A stretch of 63,717 nucleotides of DNA, counting the filler, from Squatina squatina (Eukaryota): assembly GCA_031763465.1 (NCBI GenBank). It is 3 parts of 3 records of this genome, joined end to end, with 100 filler letters (N's around TTAATTAATTAA, not from the genome) between each part and the next. Parts side by side here need not be neighbours in the genome. Positions count along the whole stretch, not along the records: positions 1 to 16,719 come from JARFOE010000046.1; 2 more parts are not named here. One strand, written 5' to 3'. This document shows positions 1-12,470 of the stretch, in pieces. The notes below the pieces were generated by a model. The model was not told the DNA's origin. It saw only the letters and a program-made list of their open reading frames with translations, and made no database searches. A program made the translations under genes and the position numbers. Every line of letters begins with the position of its first letter. Within the stretch, counting starts at the first letter, position 1.

Positions 1-739
1 CTCATCATTGAGCACCTAGACAGTGAACATTGGCAGGCTATTTGATGGTGGACGTGCATGGGAAGGATCACAGCTGAGCCTGATCCATCAGTGTTTGGAT
101 GGCAGTCTGGATTTTATTAATCCTGAGGGGTTTGCTAAAACACAACAGCTTTATATATAATTCTTTTCACTGGAAAAACTCAAATGTGCCATCCTAATTG
201 TGCCTCTCCATTTCAGTTCTCCTGCCTTCCCAGTCTTTCTGGAAACAGCTCCAAGGATCCGGGGACCAGTTCCACTCATTTAATGAGGGCAAAAGCTTTG
301 GACCAGCCTGGGAACTGATCCAAACCTCCTGTCCCTGGGAAAATAAGCTACTGTTCGAGTATGCAGCATACCCTAATGGATTCACAGGATCTTCCAGAGA
401 TCAAGCATTGCATTGAATGGATCCACCCCAGAACATCTTCCAACATGGCGAGTGTCCATAGAGATGAGACAAGTAACATTTATTTATAAAAGTCAGTAAA
501 CTTTTTTTACAGCTGTATTTTTCCAATAGAGGAATGGTCGAGCACTGCACAAAAACCCAGAGACTGTAATTCCTCTTTAAGGAAAACCTTTAATGGTGAA
601 ATAACTCCCGAGTATAGACAGAATGAACCAGGACAGGGAGGAGAAATTTACAGTGGGTGTTAGACATATTAAGGTCAAGTCACTTATTGTGGGAAAGGCG
701 GTCTTGCTCCTCTTGAAATTAGCTGTACTGAGACTATGT

Positions 740-960
740 GGTTGCTTCCTCTTCTGGATGTAAAAGATCCCATGACACTATTCCAAGAAGAACACGAGTT
801 TTCCCCAGTATCCCGGCCAATACATTTATCCCTTGCCCATTAAAGCAGATTTACCATTATTTTAATGCTGTTTATGGGACCTTGCTTTGCGCAAAGTTGG
901 CTGACACGTTTCTTACATTATAATAGTGGCTACACTTTTTTTTGAAAAGTACTTCATTGT
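740..960 (+). mobile_element. Deu-domain SINE fragment (SacSINE1/AmnSINE1-like), degenerate
   Basis: GGATGTAAAAGATCCCATGACACTATT...GGGACCTTGCTTTGCGCAAAGTTGGCTG...CTACACTT aligns by eye with the copy at 21950-22265; boundaries approximate. Confidence 0.7.
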
Positions 961-1394
961 TGTGTCGAGGTAAAAATTAGAATAAAAGGGAAGGTTGGAG
1001 TTAAAGTAGCACAATAAGGCTTGCAGCTTAGTTTTTGCTTATCCCAGATAAGGACACAGGGCGGAGGCAGNNNNNNNNNNNNNNNNNNNNNNNNNNNNNN
1101 NNNNNNNNNNNNNNNNNNNNNNNNNNNNNNNNNNNNNNNNNNNNNNNNNNNNNNNNNNNNNNNNNNNNNNCGTCTAAAGTGCCTTTACGCCAGTTTCGCG
1201 CCAATTTTGCACTCGAAGTTTTACCTCGAATTGGCCGCCCTAAATGTCATAAATATTTTTCAACAATTATTATTGATTGCTGTTGATTTGTCACACCTTC
1301 ATTAAATTAGTTGGATCTCACAGAATATAGCTTTTGTGATGTAGGACCTCATAGGATACTAAATTATTTCAATAATGAGTTATGGAAAATAAAG

Positions 1395-1455
1395 TGGAAG
1401 CAAGTCATCCTCGNNNNNNNNNNTCCTCGACTCCGAGGGACTGCCTAAGAAGGAG
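1395..1455 (+). mobile_element. Probable 3' end of an RTE-type LINE (terminal stem-loop plus AAG-rich tail)
   Basis: GTGGAAGCAAGTCATCCTCG[N10]TCCTCGACTCCGAGGGACTGCCTAAGAAG with hairpin CCTCG-actc-CGAGG. Family assignment from recall only. Confidence 0.35.
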
Positions 1456-3294
1456 AAGATAGAAAATAAAATCATCCTTTTTACTAAAACAATAAGTTTG
1501 CAGTGAGGTGTTGATGATACTTTTCCTACCCCCTTCCTCTCTCCGCCATAAACATGCTGCAGTGTATGTAGCAGGGGCAAAGGGATTAAAGCACAGCTCT
1601 TCATAGATCATTACTATTGGCACCATTCATCCTGATGATAATGATGTGCACCAGCAATACACTAGTGACATCATTTCATTATGACTAAAGATAAAACATA
1701 AAGGTTCATAATTTGTGAGCACAACCTCAAAATCTATAATACTTCAACAGTAATCAACTGGTTTCATTCCAGAATATTACCATAGAGCCCCTGTTATACA
1801 TGCTGCACATGCAGTGTGGATATAGGATGGTAACTAATATACAGTGGGAACACAATACCCATGGAGCAGCAGAAAAAAAGGACCTGTGAAAGGAAACGAA
1901 TGACAAAATGAAAAGCCGTCCACTGACAGATCAAACGTTTTCAAGGAATAGAGATTCGTTACCACATTTCAAGGGTCAGAGGAATCAGTGTTCATTCAAG
2001 CAGAAAATAAGATAAAGGAAAAAGAACAATGGTAAAATCAATTTTATCTCCTTCCATGCAGTTTTAAACTGTTGGCTACATATACAAAGGCCTGGCAGTA
2101 GGATGTCTTCCTGCTGGGGTGGGTTTGTACAGTTCATCTGAAAAAAAGAATTTTAAATATGGGAATGAGGACAAAAATAATTAATATGTATTATCTATTG
2201 TCTCAAAAATGTCCAGTGTTTTTTCCTCCATCTCTTCCATTTAAAAAAAACCCATGGTAAATCAAAACCATTCCAGCATGAAGCCTACAGCTCCAATCTG
2301 TACGAAATGGTATATTTGTTAATTTCCAAAAAATATCAATCCACAATTGACCTATTAATAGTTCCCCATTTGAAACCATCTGGGACATTTTTTTTATATT
2401 ACATAATTTCCATGTCTTAGTAATTTAGGATCCACAGATTGCATCAAAACAATCACTCTTGAAAGCTAGGGTCATTACATTGTTTGTTAAAAGAAAATGG
2501 TACAAACATACCCATGCCAGTAACGTCTGGCTCCTTCAGGAGCCTGATCCAACACAGCACACTTCACTCATCATTTTAAGAGAAATTAACTTAAATGAGA
2601 TCAATTACCTCTGTAAATGATCAATTTACACAGCATATTCAGTTACTTTGAAAGACTGGAAGCATTTTTGTCAATATTTGAACTGAAAGTACCTACTACC
2701 CTGGTGTCATCCGTATTGACTGAAAGCAGAATGCAGTCTTCAAATGCTACTCAATTTAATTATCTTAGATATGCAAGAACTAGGTCACTCATTTAAAAGT
2801 CAAATTAATTGGGAAATAGCTTTGCGCTACAATGCAATGCCCATGTATTTAAATTAATGGTTTGTTCTGCTTTCTCTTGTGTGCTGCAGATTTGAACATT
2901 AAATGCTGACAAGAAATGGAACAATAAGGTCTCTTGGCCTACATAATTATCTACCAATCTGCAAAAGTATTTCATTAATATTAAAATCCATAAGAACTTA
3001 TCAAACCACAATCAAGATGAACTTGAAGTTCCAGATTTATGAAGGATCTTGGAGAAAAAAGGTCAAATTACAATTAAGGAATTTTAGCCTTAAGGTAATG
3101 TGTGTTTACCAGGTTTACAAATAAAATGACAATGTACTCACGTACAGACAATTACTGTCATTTAAATTAATTATAACTTTAGTATATACTAGTCACATGA
3201 ATATATTTGGGTTAAGTTAAATTGTACGAATTCCTTTAATTTAAAATAATTACAAAAAGAATTAGAGTAGGTTAGAAAAAAAATCTTTTAAATC

Positions 3295-3500
3295 AGGGCC
3301 TAGTTAGAATGTGGAAGTCTCTACTACAAACTGTTGTTGTCCATAAGTTCTTCTAAAAGAGAATTGGATAATTAAAAAAGAGGAATATCAAAATATGGGG
3401 AGTGAGCAGGAGAGTGGGATGAGCTGAGGTGGCTCATGTGGAAAAACAAATACTGACCGAGTTGATGGGCCAAATGGTTCATTTCTGTAACACACTATAT
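3295..3500 (+). mobile_element. CR1 LINE 3' end, degenerate
   Basis: GTTAGAATGTGGAAGTCTCT...GAGAATTGGATAA...GTTGATGGGCCAAATGG matches the CR1 RT C-terminus/3'UTR pattern also seen at 20840-21211 and 27300-27485. Confidence 0.6.
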
Positions 3501-3637
3501 AATCCTATGGATTCACTGAATTCATGTAACCTGAAAAGTGCCAAAAGATTCTAAATATTACATGTAATTTTGTGAAAAGGACCTAATGCACTCTATGACA
3601 GTTTTAGTTTTTGAAATTGGCTCTCAATGTGTACCAT

Positions 3638-4372
3638 GGGCTAGAAATTCTTCTCCTGTTGTGCCCCGTTAGCGCCTCCCAGGGGCGCTAACGGGGCGAA
3701 ACAGGACAAAATGGCGGCGAGAGGTGGCCATCTCGCCTCCGGGGAATTCACTGGGGCACAAAGGCCTTGAGCCTGGCCAGCTGAATTCTGTGGTGGGTCA
3801 CCGCGTGACGTCATAAAGACGCGCCGACCCGCATTGCGCAGCCGTAACCCCTTTTGTGGCCTGGTTGCGTCCCACGGGCAGAATTCACCGTAGGACTTGG
3901 CTGCAGCGCCAGGCAGTTGCAGCCACAGCAAAACCTGTCGCTGCAACGGCCCTCTTAAAGGAGGGGGCCTGTGTGCCTCCGGCCGCCATCTTAATTTTTC
4001 ATGATGGAGGCCCACAGCTGGATCGGGCCACCATCCCCTCGACTGGCATGCCAGCNNNNNNNNNNNNNNNNNNNNNNNNNNNNNNNNNNNNNNNNNNNNN
4101 NNNNNNNNNNNNNNNNNNNNNNNNNNNNNNNNNNNNNNNNNNNNNNNNNNNNNNNGCTGACGTCAGCGCGCAGCACGCTGACATGACGCCACTGACGTCG
4201 CTGGTGTGGCGCTGAGGCTATGCCAGCAACGTAACGTACCAGGCCAGTCGCCCCAGTTCCGCCCAGGAGCGAGGCAGACAGGGCTGTGCCTTGCTACTGC
4301 CCCGGAACAACAAATTCTGCGGCGGGTGGGGCGGCACCTCCCGCTGTTGGGGCGCTTATGAATTTCTACCCC
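3638..4372. mobile_element. GC-rich non-autonomous TIR element (PIF/Harbinger-like MITE) with 3-bp TSD
   Basis: Left end GGGCTAGAAATTC (3638-3650) and right end GAATTTCTACCCC (4360-4372) are a 12/13 inverted match, with CAT directly outside both ends. A 100-N gap lies inside. Confidence 0.65.
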
Positions 4373-7300
4373 CATTTGTTTATTTAAAAAAAAATCATTT
4401 AGTATTACAAAATTGGTTGATTTTAAAAGAAATACATAACTGAGATTTGTTCTAAATTAAATGTCATGGAAACAATTATTTGATATTCACAGCTATATCG
4501 ATCTCTCATATCCCAGTTCTCTAGTTCTGTTTCATGTTTCGCACCTAGGCTGAAACCTAGTTATTTTTAACTGTGCAATAAATATGTGCTACAATTAAGG
4601 TCTCACATGAACAAGTCCCTTGCGCTGCAATAGTTCATATCAGACTTGTCTCTAAAACCAACCTTAATGACTATAAGAGAGACAGGCAGGAACACTAAGA
4701 CGACCTTCAATAAAAACAAGAATACTGTATTGGGTACATTTCAAGATGCAGTACATCGAAGCAGTATAGATAATGGTTAGCTATCTATTCAAAGCAAATA
4801 AATAAATGAACTCCACACAAATAGATCTTACAATCCATGGCTCATCATTCACTGGTTCTATTCTTCTAGCCTCTCAGGCTGTGGTTGAAAGCTTTACTTT
4901 CAATTCAATTTAGGTCACTTGCACAAGATAGACAAGCAAAGACAGAACTTAACTGATCAGTCCCTTTGGCATGCCAGCAGCAATCATCACTAGTACTGAT
5001 CAGTTCCATGTAGTTTTAGCTTTGAACCAGGTCAGCAGCTCCAGGACTGTTAAGGACCACAAAACCAAGGCACTTTCTACAAGGAAACTCAAATTTTACA
5101 GGTCATAAATTGCTCCAGTTATGACTTATGTAGTTCTCTCACTTTTCTATTCATCAGCTGTAACCAAAATGTGCACTGCAATTTCTTGAGTTGTACTTAA
5201 AACCTAAAAGCTACCAAATGCAGCAGGTAAAGCTGAATGAGAAACAAGTGGTTGCCTAAATTGTAGCAGAGAATTGAGGAAATAATAGGAGTGATACTGA
5301 ATCCTCGCAAAATCACTGCATTTAAATAAATACAAATATAGAAGATGCAGTGAATTCAGGTTATTGCCACCAGGAAACACAGAAGCTACAGACTGCACAA
5401 TCTAAACAATGCTATATTCCTGTGACTTGGAAAAAATGCAGGACAACAGAAGGCANNNNNNNNNNNNNNNNNNNNNNNNNNNNNNNNNNNNNNNNNNNNN
5501 NNNNNNNNNNNNNNNNNNNNNNNNNNNNNNNNNNNNNNNNNNNNNNNNNNNNNNNAGCGTTATAAATAGTTGGCATAAAACTTTAACAACATTATGTTTT
5601 ACTACCACTTCAACAAACAAGCTGTAGAAAGGGACATTTTTGTACCAAATAATTTAATAGAGGGGGTACATAAAATATCAACTCAAAAAAAGTGAACAAA
5701 TATTAATAAAAATGAGTTTCCTTTATTTAAAATTGTTAATCATCACTACAACCTCCCCAAACACAGTGAAAAGCACAAGGAATTCAGCCACAGAGACGCA
5801 CCACTGATGGCTGACTTCCACAAATAACTATTCTTTCTTTATGAATATTTGCCATACAGTGTTGAATACATAAGCTTTCAATAAAAACTAGACACTTTAA
5901 AATATTAAAAAAAGCTGCACATTCAAAAAATATTACAACATAAAAAATCTGAATGGTCAAAATGATAAAAAACTAATTATACATTTCAATTTAAAATACC
6001 AAAAAATAAAATGCTGGACAGGATATTTACCCAATTATTATAATGCTGCTGAGAAAAGTAGTCTTTGCTACTTTTTAAAGTAAGGTAACAAAAATAAGCA
6101 AACAAGCACATTTTTCCTTTAGTCCATATCTAAAAATAACTTCAATTATTTATATTAGTACAAAGATCATATTCTGAATTTACAAATATCAGTAAGATAA
6201 AAGGGAATATAATAACAGTAGAAAATGACATTGTGGACAACATATTAATCTGAATGTTTGCAATTAAAAAAAATCGCATTAAAGGTTTACACTGTAAAGT
6301 TTTTTTCAGAAGTTAGAAAAAAAGTATTGCACATAACAATATGACATTAACTTTCCACAATTTACCACATTCAAGTCTTCTGTAACTTTGTAAGAAATTC
6401 TTAAAATCCAGACACAAAGAATAAATTATCAAGTCCTTCCAATGGCATTCATAAAATCCTTTCCTTCTTGAACCACAAGATCAGATTTAAAATCATGCAT
6501 TCTGCAGAGGTCTGTGTATGAGGATATATTTGCCATGCTATGGGCAAGTGAGAAATGAAATTTAACCTTTGTAAACAACTTTACAACACACAATAAACAA
6601 GTAAGTTTTGAAGTTTACATATTTTGTTTTTTTTTTGTTTACATGCATGCTTTTATTTTCTTAATCATTTCAGCCTTGCACACTATCTAGAATTGAGGTA
6701 ACTCGATGGCAGTTCAAACCGGTTTTTGTCCATTAAAAACAGGTAAATCTTTTTTAAAACCATCAAACACCTAAGAATCCATATATGTCAAAGTTTACTG
6801 CTAATTGTTCTGTGTGCATTTTGTATTGTAAATTGTGCCAGGTCAGCTACTGTACCACAGATACAGGAACTGCAAGAAAGAGTCTATATGAATATTTTCA
6901 AAGAGTATTAGCTCAAAATACAGTGTAGTATTGGAAGAAACTAGAATCCACATTTAAACAATGGGGATTGGGCTGAGATTGCAACCAGGTCCTAATATCT
7001 ACTGTATCATTACTTCAGACTTATTAACAACATCGACACCTGGAGCTGGGGAGCTGGGAGGGTTATACTTTCTACAACTATAGTTTTATTTTCTGACTCT
7101 GCAGTTTTATCAACAGCATTGCTGATCCCTAACATTCATGATATTCAAAGTTCTCTTTGCCTTCAAATGTTAAAGGAATAAAAAGAAAAGAAAATGAAAA
7201 CAAAACTGATTCTTCAACTCATTTCTTTGCACAGTTAACTATATGTGCAAATCTTTGAATAACAAACATAGAAAAACTATTCATCTCTCTTTAGATTATG

Positions 7301-8699
7301 AAAAATCGAGGTATTGGAAAAAGAGATGCCATCAGTGAAAAAAGAGAGCTTAAAAATATTAACTGTTGGAAAAAACAAGATATACAAAAGTAGTGCATAA
7401 CAAATGTTGGTATATGTATATAAAATGAAAAGGGGAACAAAAAGCCAGCTAGAGAAACAACGTACCAAAAAGTTCAAAGGCAGATTATGCTATGTAAAAA
7501 GGGAATTAACTACTAGTAGAAAAGCTATCTTTCAGTGTCAAATTTCAAAAATGTTCATTCACTACACCTACAAACATCAGAATTGGGCAGGAATGGCACA
7601 ACAGCACACCAGTACACCAAGAAAGGATGATAACCAACACTTTCTATAGCTTAAAGATTGCCACTAAGAATTACATATNNNNNNNNNNNNNNNNNNNNNN
7701 NNNNNNNNNNNNNNNNNNNNNNNNNNNNNNNNNNNNNNNNNNNNNNNNNNNNNNNNNNNNNNNNNNNNNNNNNNNNNNCCCAATTCTTGCATTGACACTG
7801 AACAAGCACAAGTATACATTGCAATCTGAATGTAAAATTTTTTGACAATATTAATACACTAAAAATAATGAATTTAGCTCAAGTTATTAACTTTCACATT
7901 TTAATACCTTTATTGCCGTGATCTTTTGAGCTATTGACATTGGAGCTGTTAGTTTGTCACCACTGTGGTCAAAACATAGATCAAATTTAAACTCTTTAAA
8001 CTTGATCATTAACAGCAAATGTCTCCATTTTGACTAGGTTTAATTCTTTAAAGCCTATTACTTCAAAGGAATAGTTACACTGCTATTATTGGTGTGTTAC
8101 TTGTGGGTCACAAGTTAGCAGTTAGCAGTGAATAATCCAGTCTTTGGTTTGCAGGAGTTTGAAGATGCTATGCACTGTATCAGAAAAAAATAGCAAGAGT
8201 AAGGAGCAATAACCTTTCACATATATAATTTAAAAAAAACTCCTAACTCTTAAATTTGGCTTATGGTTGATGATTTTAAATTTTATGTCCTCTAGTTGCG
8301 AACTTGCTGACGGGTGGATCTAGTTTACTCCATTGAATGTCTGAACACAACACAAGATTCACATCCCACCTCTGCCCTTCACATACTGTTTCTTGCAGCT
8401 GTTCATTGCCCTTTTCTCTCTTGAATTCATTTTTGAGAGGAAATTGCAGCTAGAACAGATTCTCCTGAGAGACTAACTTAAGCTGTAAAGAGTTTTGAGA
8501 AGAGCCAGCCGTTGGTAAATGCGCCACCTAGTGTGAGACACAAGAAGCCAGAATGGTCCCATGGGTGTGCCGAGTTAGCAGGGCTTTTACATTTTCCCTT
8601 GGCACCTCCCTCAGCAAGGCAGTGGGGGAAGACAGTGAGACGTCAATGCTCTGGTTTGCGAGAAAATGCGTAGGTGTGGATACTGGGATTCGACCGTGG

Positions 8700-9109
8700 T
8701 CCTGTTCACAGAAAGCAGGACAAACCCAACCTGCCCAAGTCCCACCCTATCAGCCTGCTCCTAATCATCAAAGTAATGGAAGGAATCATCAACTTTGCGG
8801 TCAAGTGGCATTTACTCAGCAATAACATGCTCAGTTCTGCCGGGACCACTCGGCTCCAGCCCTTATTACAGTCTTGGTCCAAACATGGGTAGAGAGCTGA
8901 ATTCTAGAGGCAAAGTAAAAGTAACGGTCCCTAACCTCAGATCAGCATTCAACAGAGTGTGGCACCAAGGAGCCCAAACAAAACTGAAGTCAATGGGGAT
9001 TGGAGAAAATGCTCCAGTCACTGGAGTCACAGCATGCACAAAATAAAAGTGGTTGTTGGGAGGCCATTGGTTGTTGGGGCTGTTCATTGATGATTGCAGA
9101 GTGTTCAGC
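8700..9109 (+). mobile_element. CR1/L2-group LINE reverse-transcriptase fragment, degenerate
   Basis: Translates with frameshifts to RT-like segments (AGQTQPA..YQP; SAFNRVWHQGAQTKLKSMGIG; KVVVG). Confidence 0.65.
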
Positions 9110-10214
9110 NNNNNNNNNNNNNNNNNNNNNNNNNNNNNNNNNNNNNNNNNNNNNNNNNNNNNNNNNNNNNNNNNNNNNNNNNNNNNNNNNNNNNNNNNNN
9201 NNNNNNNNNCGGATGCATAACCACCTTTGGCTGAATCACGCAATAACCACAAGGAGATAATTCCTTCAATGCAGTCCAGCACCTACATTGCCACTGCAAG
9301 GGCAGTACCACTTAAAGCCAACCTGCATAGTATACACTTATAGTGTTGTGACGCCACATGCTAACCTACAGTAACATAGAAACATGCACCTTGGCACTCT
9401 CAAACAAATTTCAGTGTTTCCTTTGTTCTATGCCATTTACATTTTCAAAATGTAACTTTTTAAACAAAAAACTTATAGGCAGAATATAAGTACTGTAGAT
9501 AATGGGAAAATGTATGAATACATAGTGCATGCAAAACAGGTGTACAAGTAAACATTCAATCATTCATACTATTCCACATAAAAATAAAATAAAAAATTCT
9601 TAGGCAGCTGAAGCCATAGCCTGTGCTACATCTAGTTGTGTTGTAATGTAGCCTTTTTCTTTGTTATTCTCTAATTCCCAGTTTACTGGAAAAGAAATAG
9701 TACTTTATCATACCATCTAAACAGCAGCAAGGCTCCTATTGTCTCTTGCAATTAAATAGCATCACTAAAAATAAAAAAATATAAATCAAGGCTACAATTG
9801 AGGTATTACTTTTTGTGTGTCAAAATGGAGAGCAAAAGCTGACACATGACAATATATTAGTAGATCAAGTCGACTTTGTAAATNNNNNNNNNNNNNNNNN
9901 NNNNNNNNNNNNNNNNNNNNNNNNNNNNNNNNNNNNNNNNNNNNNNNNNNNNNNNNNNNNNNNNNNNNNNNNNNNNNNNNNNNCCACCCCTCTTGCCGGC
10001 TTTAGCACTCCAAGGAGCTGGTAGTGCTTGATTTAGCGCTCCACTTCCTTGTTGGAGCGCTAAACTGAAAGGTTGTGTCGGCTTCACTTGCATAGTGCCT
10101 GGCAATACTTTTCCACGACTGCAAAAGTTATCGCCCCAAATGGGCGCTGCACAATTTCTCCCCCATAATGTCCAAATGGATCAAAGTCTGAGATAATCCA
10201 TGAAAACCTCGTAT

Positions 10215-10355
10215 CCTAGTGCATCAGGGGAGCCACAATAGGCAATGTGCATCTTGACTTGGTGATTTACATACAAGGAATGAAAGTTGTGGGGGTACCT
10301 TTTGAGAATAGCAACCACAGAATGATCAAGTTCAACATAATCTGTGATTGAGAAG
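10215..10355 (+). mobile_element. CR1 endonuclease-domain remnant
   Basis: Decayed EPT.GNVHLDLVI...VGVPFENSNHRMIKFNI resembles the CR1 EN motif EPTR...LDLVL...SDH. Confidence 0.5.
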
Positions 10356-10840
10356 TACCACAGACCAGCAGTCAAGCATCTAATTTCAAAATGGCTAACT
10401 TCAGATATAATTTAATTGAAAACCCAAACACAGAAGGGCCTGCAGTATAACTTCACATTAATTTTAGATTCTGTCTATACAACTATAAATGATGCTTAAA
10501 ACTGGTTCCCTAGCGCAGTTTCCTCAACATGACATTTCTCATCAAGTACGGCACCAAGCTGTGCAAGTACATGACCCAGAAATACCAATCATGCACACTG
10601 ACTGAATCTGTATTATTTCATTAAGATAAGGATCAAATATCCAGTGTTATCACAAGTCAGTCAATGCTTACAGAAAACATCAGTTTCAAATTGTTTTGAA
10701 GTGAGTTTTAGAGACATACATTTTGAAATCTGGGATGAGGCAGTAGAAGAATGCACTTATTTATTTTTCCTAGCTAGTCTGGTGTCTGCAGCCCGAGAAC
10801 ACACTTATCTTGCCACTAGAATCATGTTTAAATATTTCTT

Positions 10841-11068
10841 TTAGTTCCAACGGAAGGGAACCTGGCGTGGACGGTCTCCTCCTTCTTTCACGAGTGGCTT
10901 GTGGAACTCTCTCCCAGCACGAGAATGTATGGCAGCCCAGCAGTATTCACAGTAATACTGCAGACAGGTGACATTGGCACAGAAGAATGGAGCAAATTTC
11001 CCACCACAGCGGGTACCCTGGCATTCATCGCACAGCTGATCATCAAGGACATATGGCTTCACTTCCAC
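10841..11068 (-). CDS. CPEB4: CPEB2/3/4-family terminal coding exon (end of RRM2 plus ZZ zinc-binding domain); best fit CPEB4
   Basis: VEVKPYVLDDQLCDECQGTRCGGKFAPFFCANVTCLQYYCEYCWAAIHSRAGREFHKPLVKEGGDRPRQVPFRWN*; poly-T/AG acceptor at 11069-11070; 228 nt, phase 0. The family is certain; the paralog is inferred from DDQL, CWAA and the ARTYGRRR microexon. Confidence 0.9.
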   Translation of the reverse strand: MEVKPYVLDDQLCDECQGTRCGGKFAPFFCANVTCLQYYCEYCWAAIHSRAGREFHKPLVKEGGDRPRQVPFRWN

Positions 11069-11249
11069 CTAAAAAAAAAAAGCCCACAAGATTTCCATTA
11101 CTAGATGTTGAGATAAATATTAAACAAGCAAAAGTGCAGCAAGCTTATGCGCTGTTACATGTAATCCCTGAAACTGTTTTTCCAGATCTGCACAACATCA
11201 TATCCTGTTTTCATCAACTAAAATGAGGAGAAAATAATTAAAAGAAAGA

Positions 11250-11520
11250 CATTACATTTAATATCACATTGTCAGAATCTCCCAAAGTGCTTTAAAACTA
11301 ACATAACATTTTGAAGTGCAGTCACTTGTTATGCAGACGAATGTGACAGCCAATTTTCACAAAGCAAGGTCACTGAACTGAAAATAAATGAACAGATAAT
11401 CTGTTTTGGGGTGTCTTGGTTGAGGGAGGAATGTTGCCCAGGACACAATGAGAAGCCCCACTTGCCTTTTATGTCTAGCTGAACAGGCAGAAAGGATCTT
11501 AGTTAAATGCCCTATTGAAA
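11250..11520 (-). mobile_element. Deu-domain SINE, degenerate (in the last CPEB intron)
   Basis: Reverse-complement similarity to 21950-22265 (CCCAAAGTGCTTT...GACAGCCAATTT...GGTTGAGGGA..AATGTTG.CCAGGACAC). Confidence 0.65.
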
Positions 11521-12064
11521 AGACTAATGAGCATTTATCAATGTGACTAATTAGGCTTAAATTTCTTAATCTTACAATTTAGTCTTATTTTAGTTAAATA
11601 GTCTTAAGAGAAAACCACCACTAAAATTATTTCTAGGACTAAAATAACACTGGTTAGCATTTGGAACAGAAGGTAGAAATTGAAACAGATGTTTGAAATC
11701 TCAGCAGTTATTATTTCTCAACATTTCTTGTGGTCTTGAATTGTGTGAAAAGTGAAAATTCAACATCTTTTCAAAGACAAATTTTGATTATCTAGGACCA
11801 AAATTGGACAGCAACACCAATATTTTTTCCAGAACTAAAATCTAACTAAAATTTTGGAACAAATAAAAAACAAGACCAAACTTAGGATTTTATTTAAATG
11901 GAGAAAAGAAGCAAGACTAAAACTAGAAGTACAATTATTTCGAGGAGTAAAATACATTGGGGTAATGTGATTTTGTGCGATAGTGTAAAACCGCCAATAG
12001 CGAGTTGGCAGCCCATTTTACATCTCTTGAACCCTAACATTTTTTGAATGTTTATATATTTTCT

Positions 12065-12445
12065 TATTTATTTGTTCATGGGATGTGGGCGTCACCGGCA
12101 AGATTAGCATTTATTGCCCAACCCTAATTGCCCTCGAGAAGAACTGCTATTTTTTTTAATATAGCAGTTTTGGCACATTTCAGAGGGCAGTTAAGAGTCA
12201 ATCACATTGCTGTGGGTCTGGAGTCATATGTAGGCCTGACCGGGTAAGGACAGCAGATTTCCTTCCCTAAAAGGATATTAATTTTTTACAACAATTTGGT
12301 AGTTTCATGGTCACGATTACTGATATTAGCCTTTTTTAATTCCAGATTTAATTAACTGAATTTAAATTTCCCAGCTGCCTGGTGGGATTTGAACTCATAT
12401 ACTCTGGATTACTAGTCCAGTACCATAACCAGTATGCTACTGTAA
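12065..12445 (-). mobile_element. tRNA-derived SINE (MER131/MetaSINE-like core) with LINE-derived tail
   Basis: Minus-strand tRNA-like head (TGGTTATGGTACTGGACTAGTAATCCAGAG...GAGTTCAAATCCCACC), core TTTAGGGAAGGAAATCTGCTGTCCTTACCCGGTCAGGCCTACATATGACTCCAGACCC, and a tail similar to 46646-46748. Family name from recall. Confidence 0.65.
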
Positions 12446-12470
12446 ACAGTGTGTACTGATCAACACTTAC

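Larger units (their letters stand above)
5630..10840 (-). other. CPEB4: Probable long 3'UTR of the CPEB4-type gene (gapped, with TE insertions)
   Basis: AT-rich sequence downstream of the stop at 10841. On the minus strand: AATAAA (5722-5727), ATTAAA (5653-5658), CPE-like TTTTAT (5670-5675, 5706-5711), and seed sites for miR-92 (6325-6332), miR-26 (6370-6376, 10542-10548), miR-30 (6570-6577) and miR-19 (7244-7251, 10560-10566). Continuity across the N gaps is assumed. Confidence 0.55.

Noticed and set aside
198-416. 72-aa ORF with a plausible acceptor near 216
   Set aside because: No recognisable homology; cannot be supported from sequence alone.
2060-2570. Possible minus-strand spliced exons (donor near 2510, acceptor near 2140)
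   Set aside because: Splice-like words exist, but no frame gives a recognisable product.
9815-9883. CQNGEQ resembling the CPEB3 CQNGER motif
   Set aside because: Opposite strand to the CPEB gene, and similarity stops after five residues.
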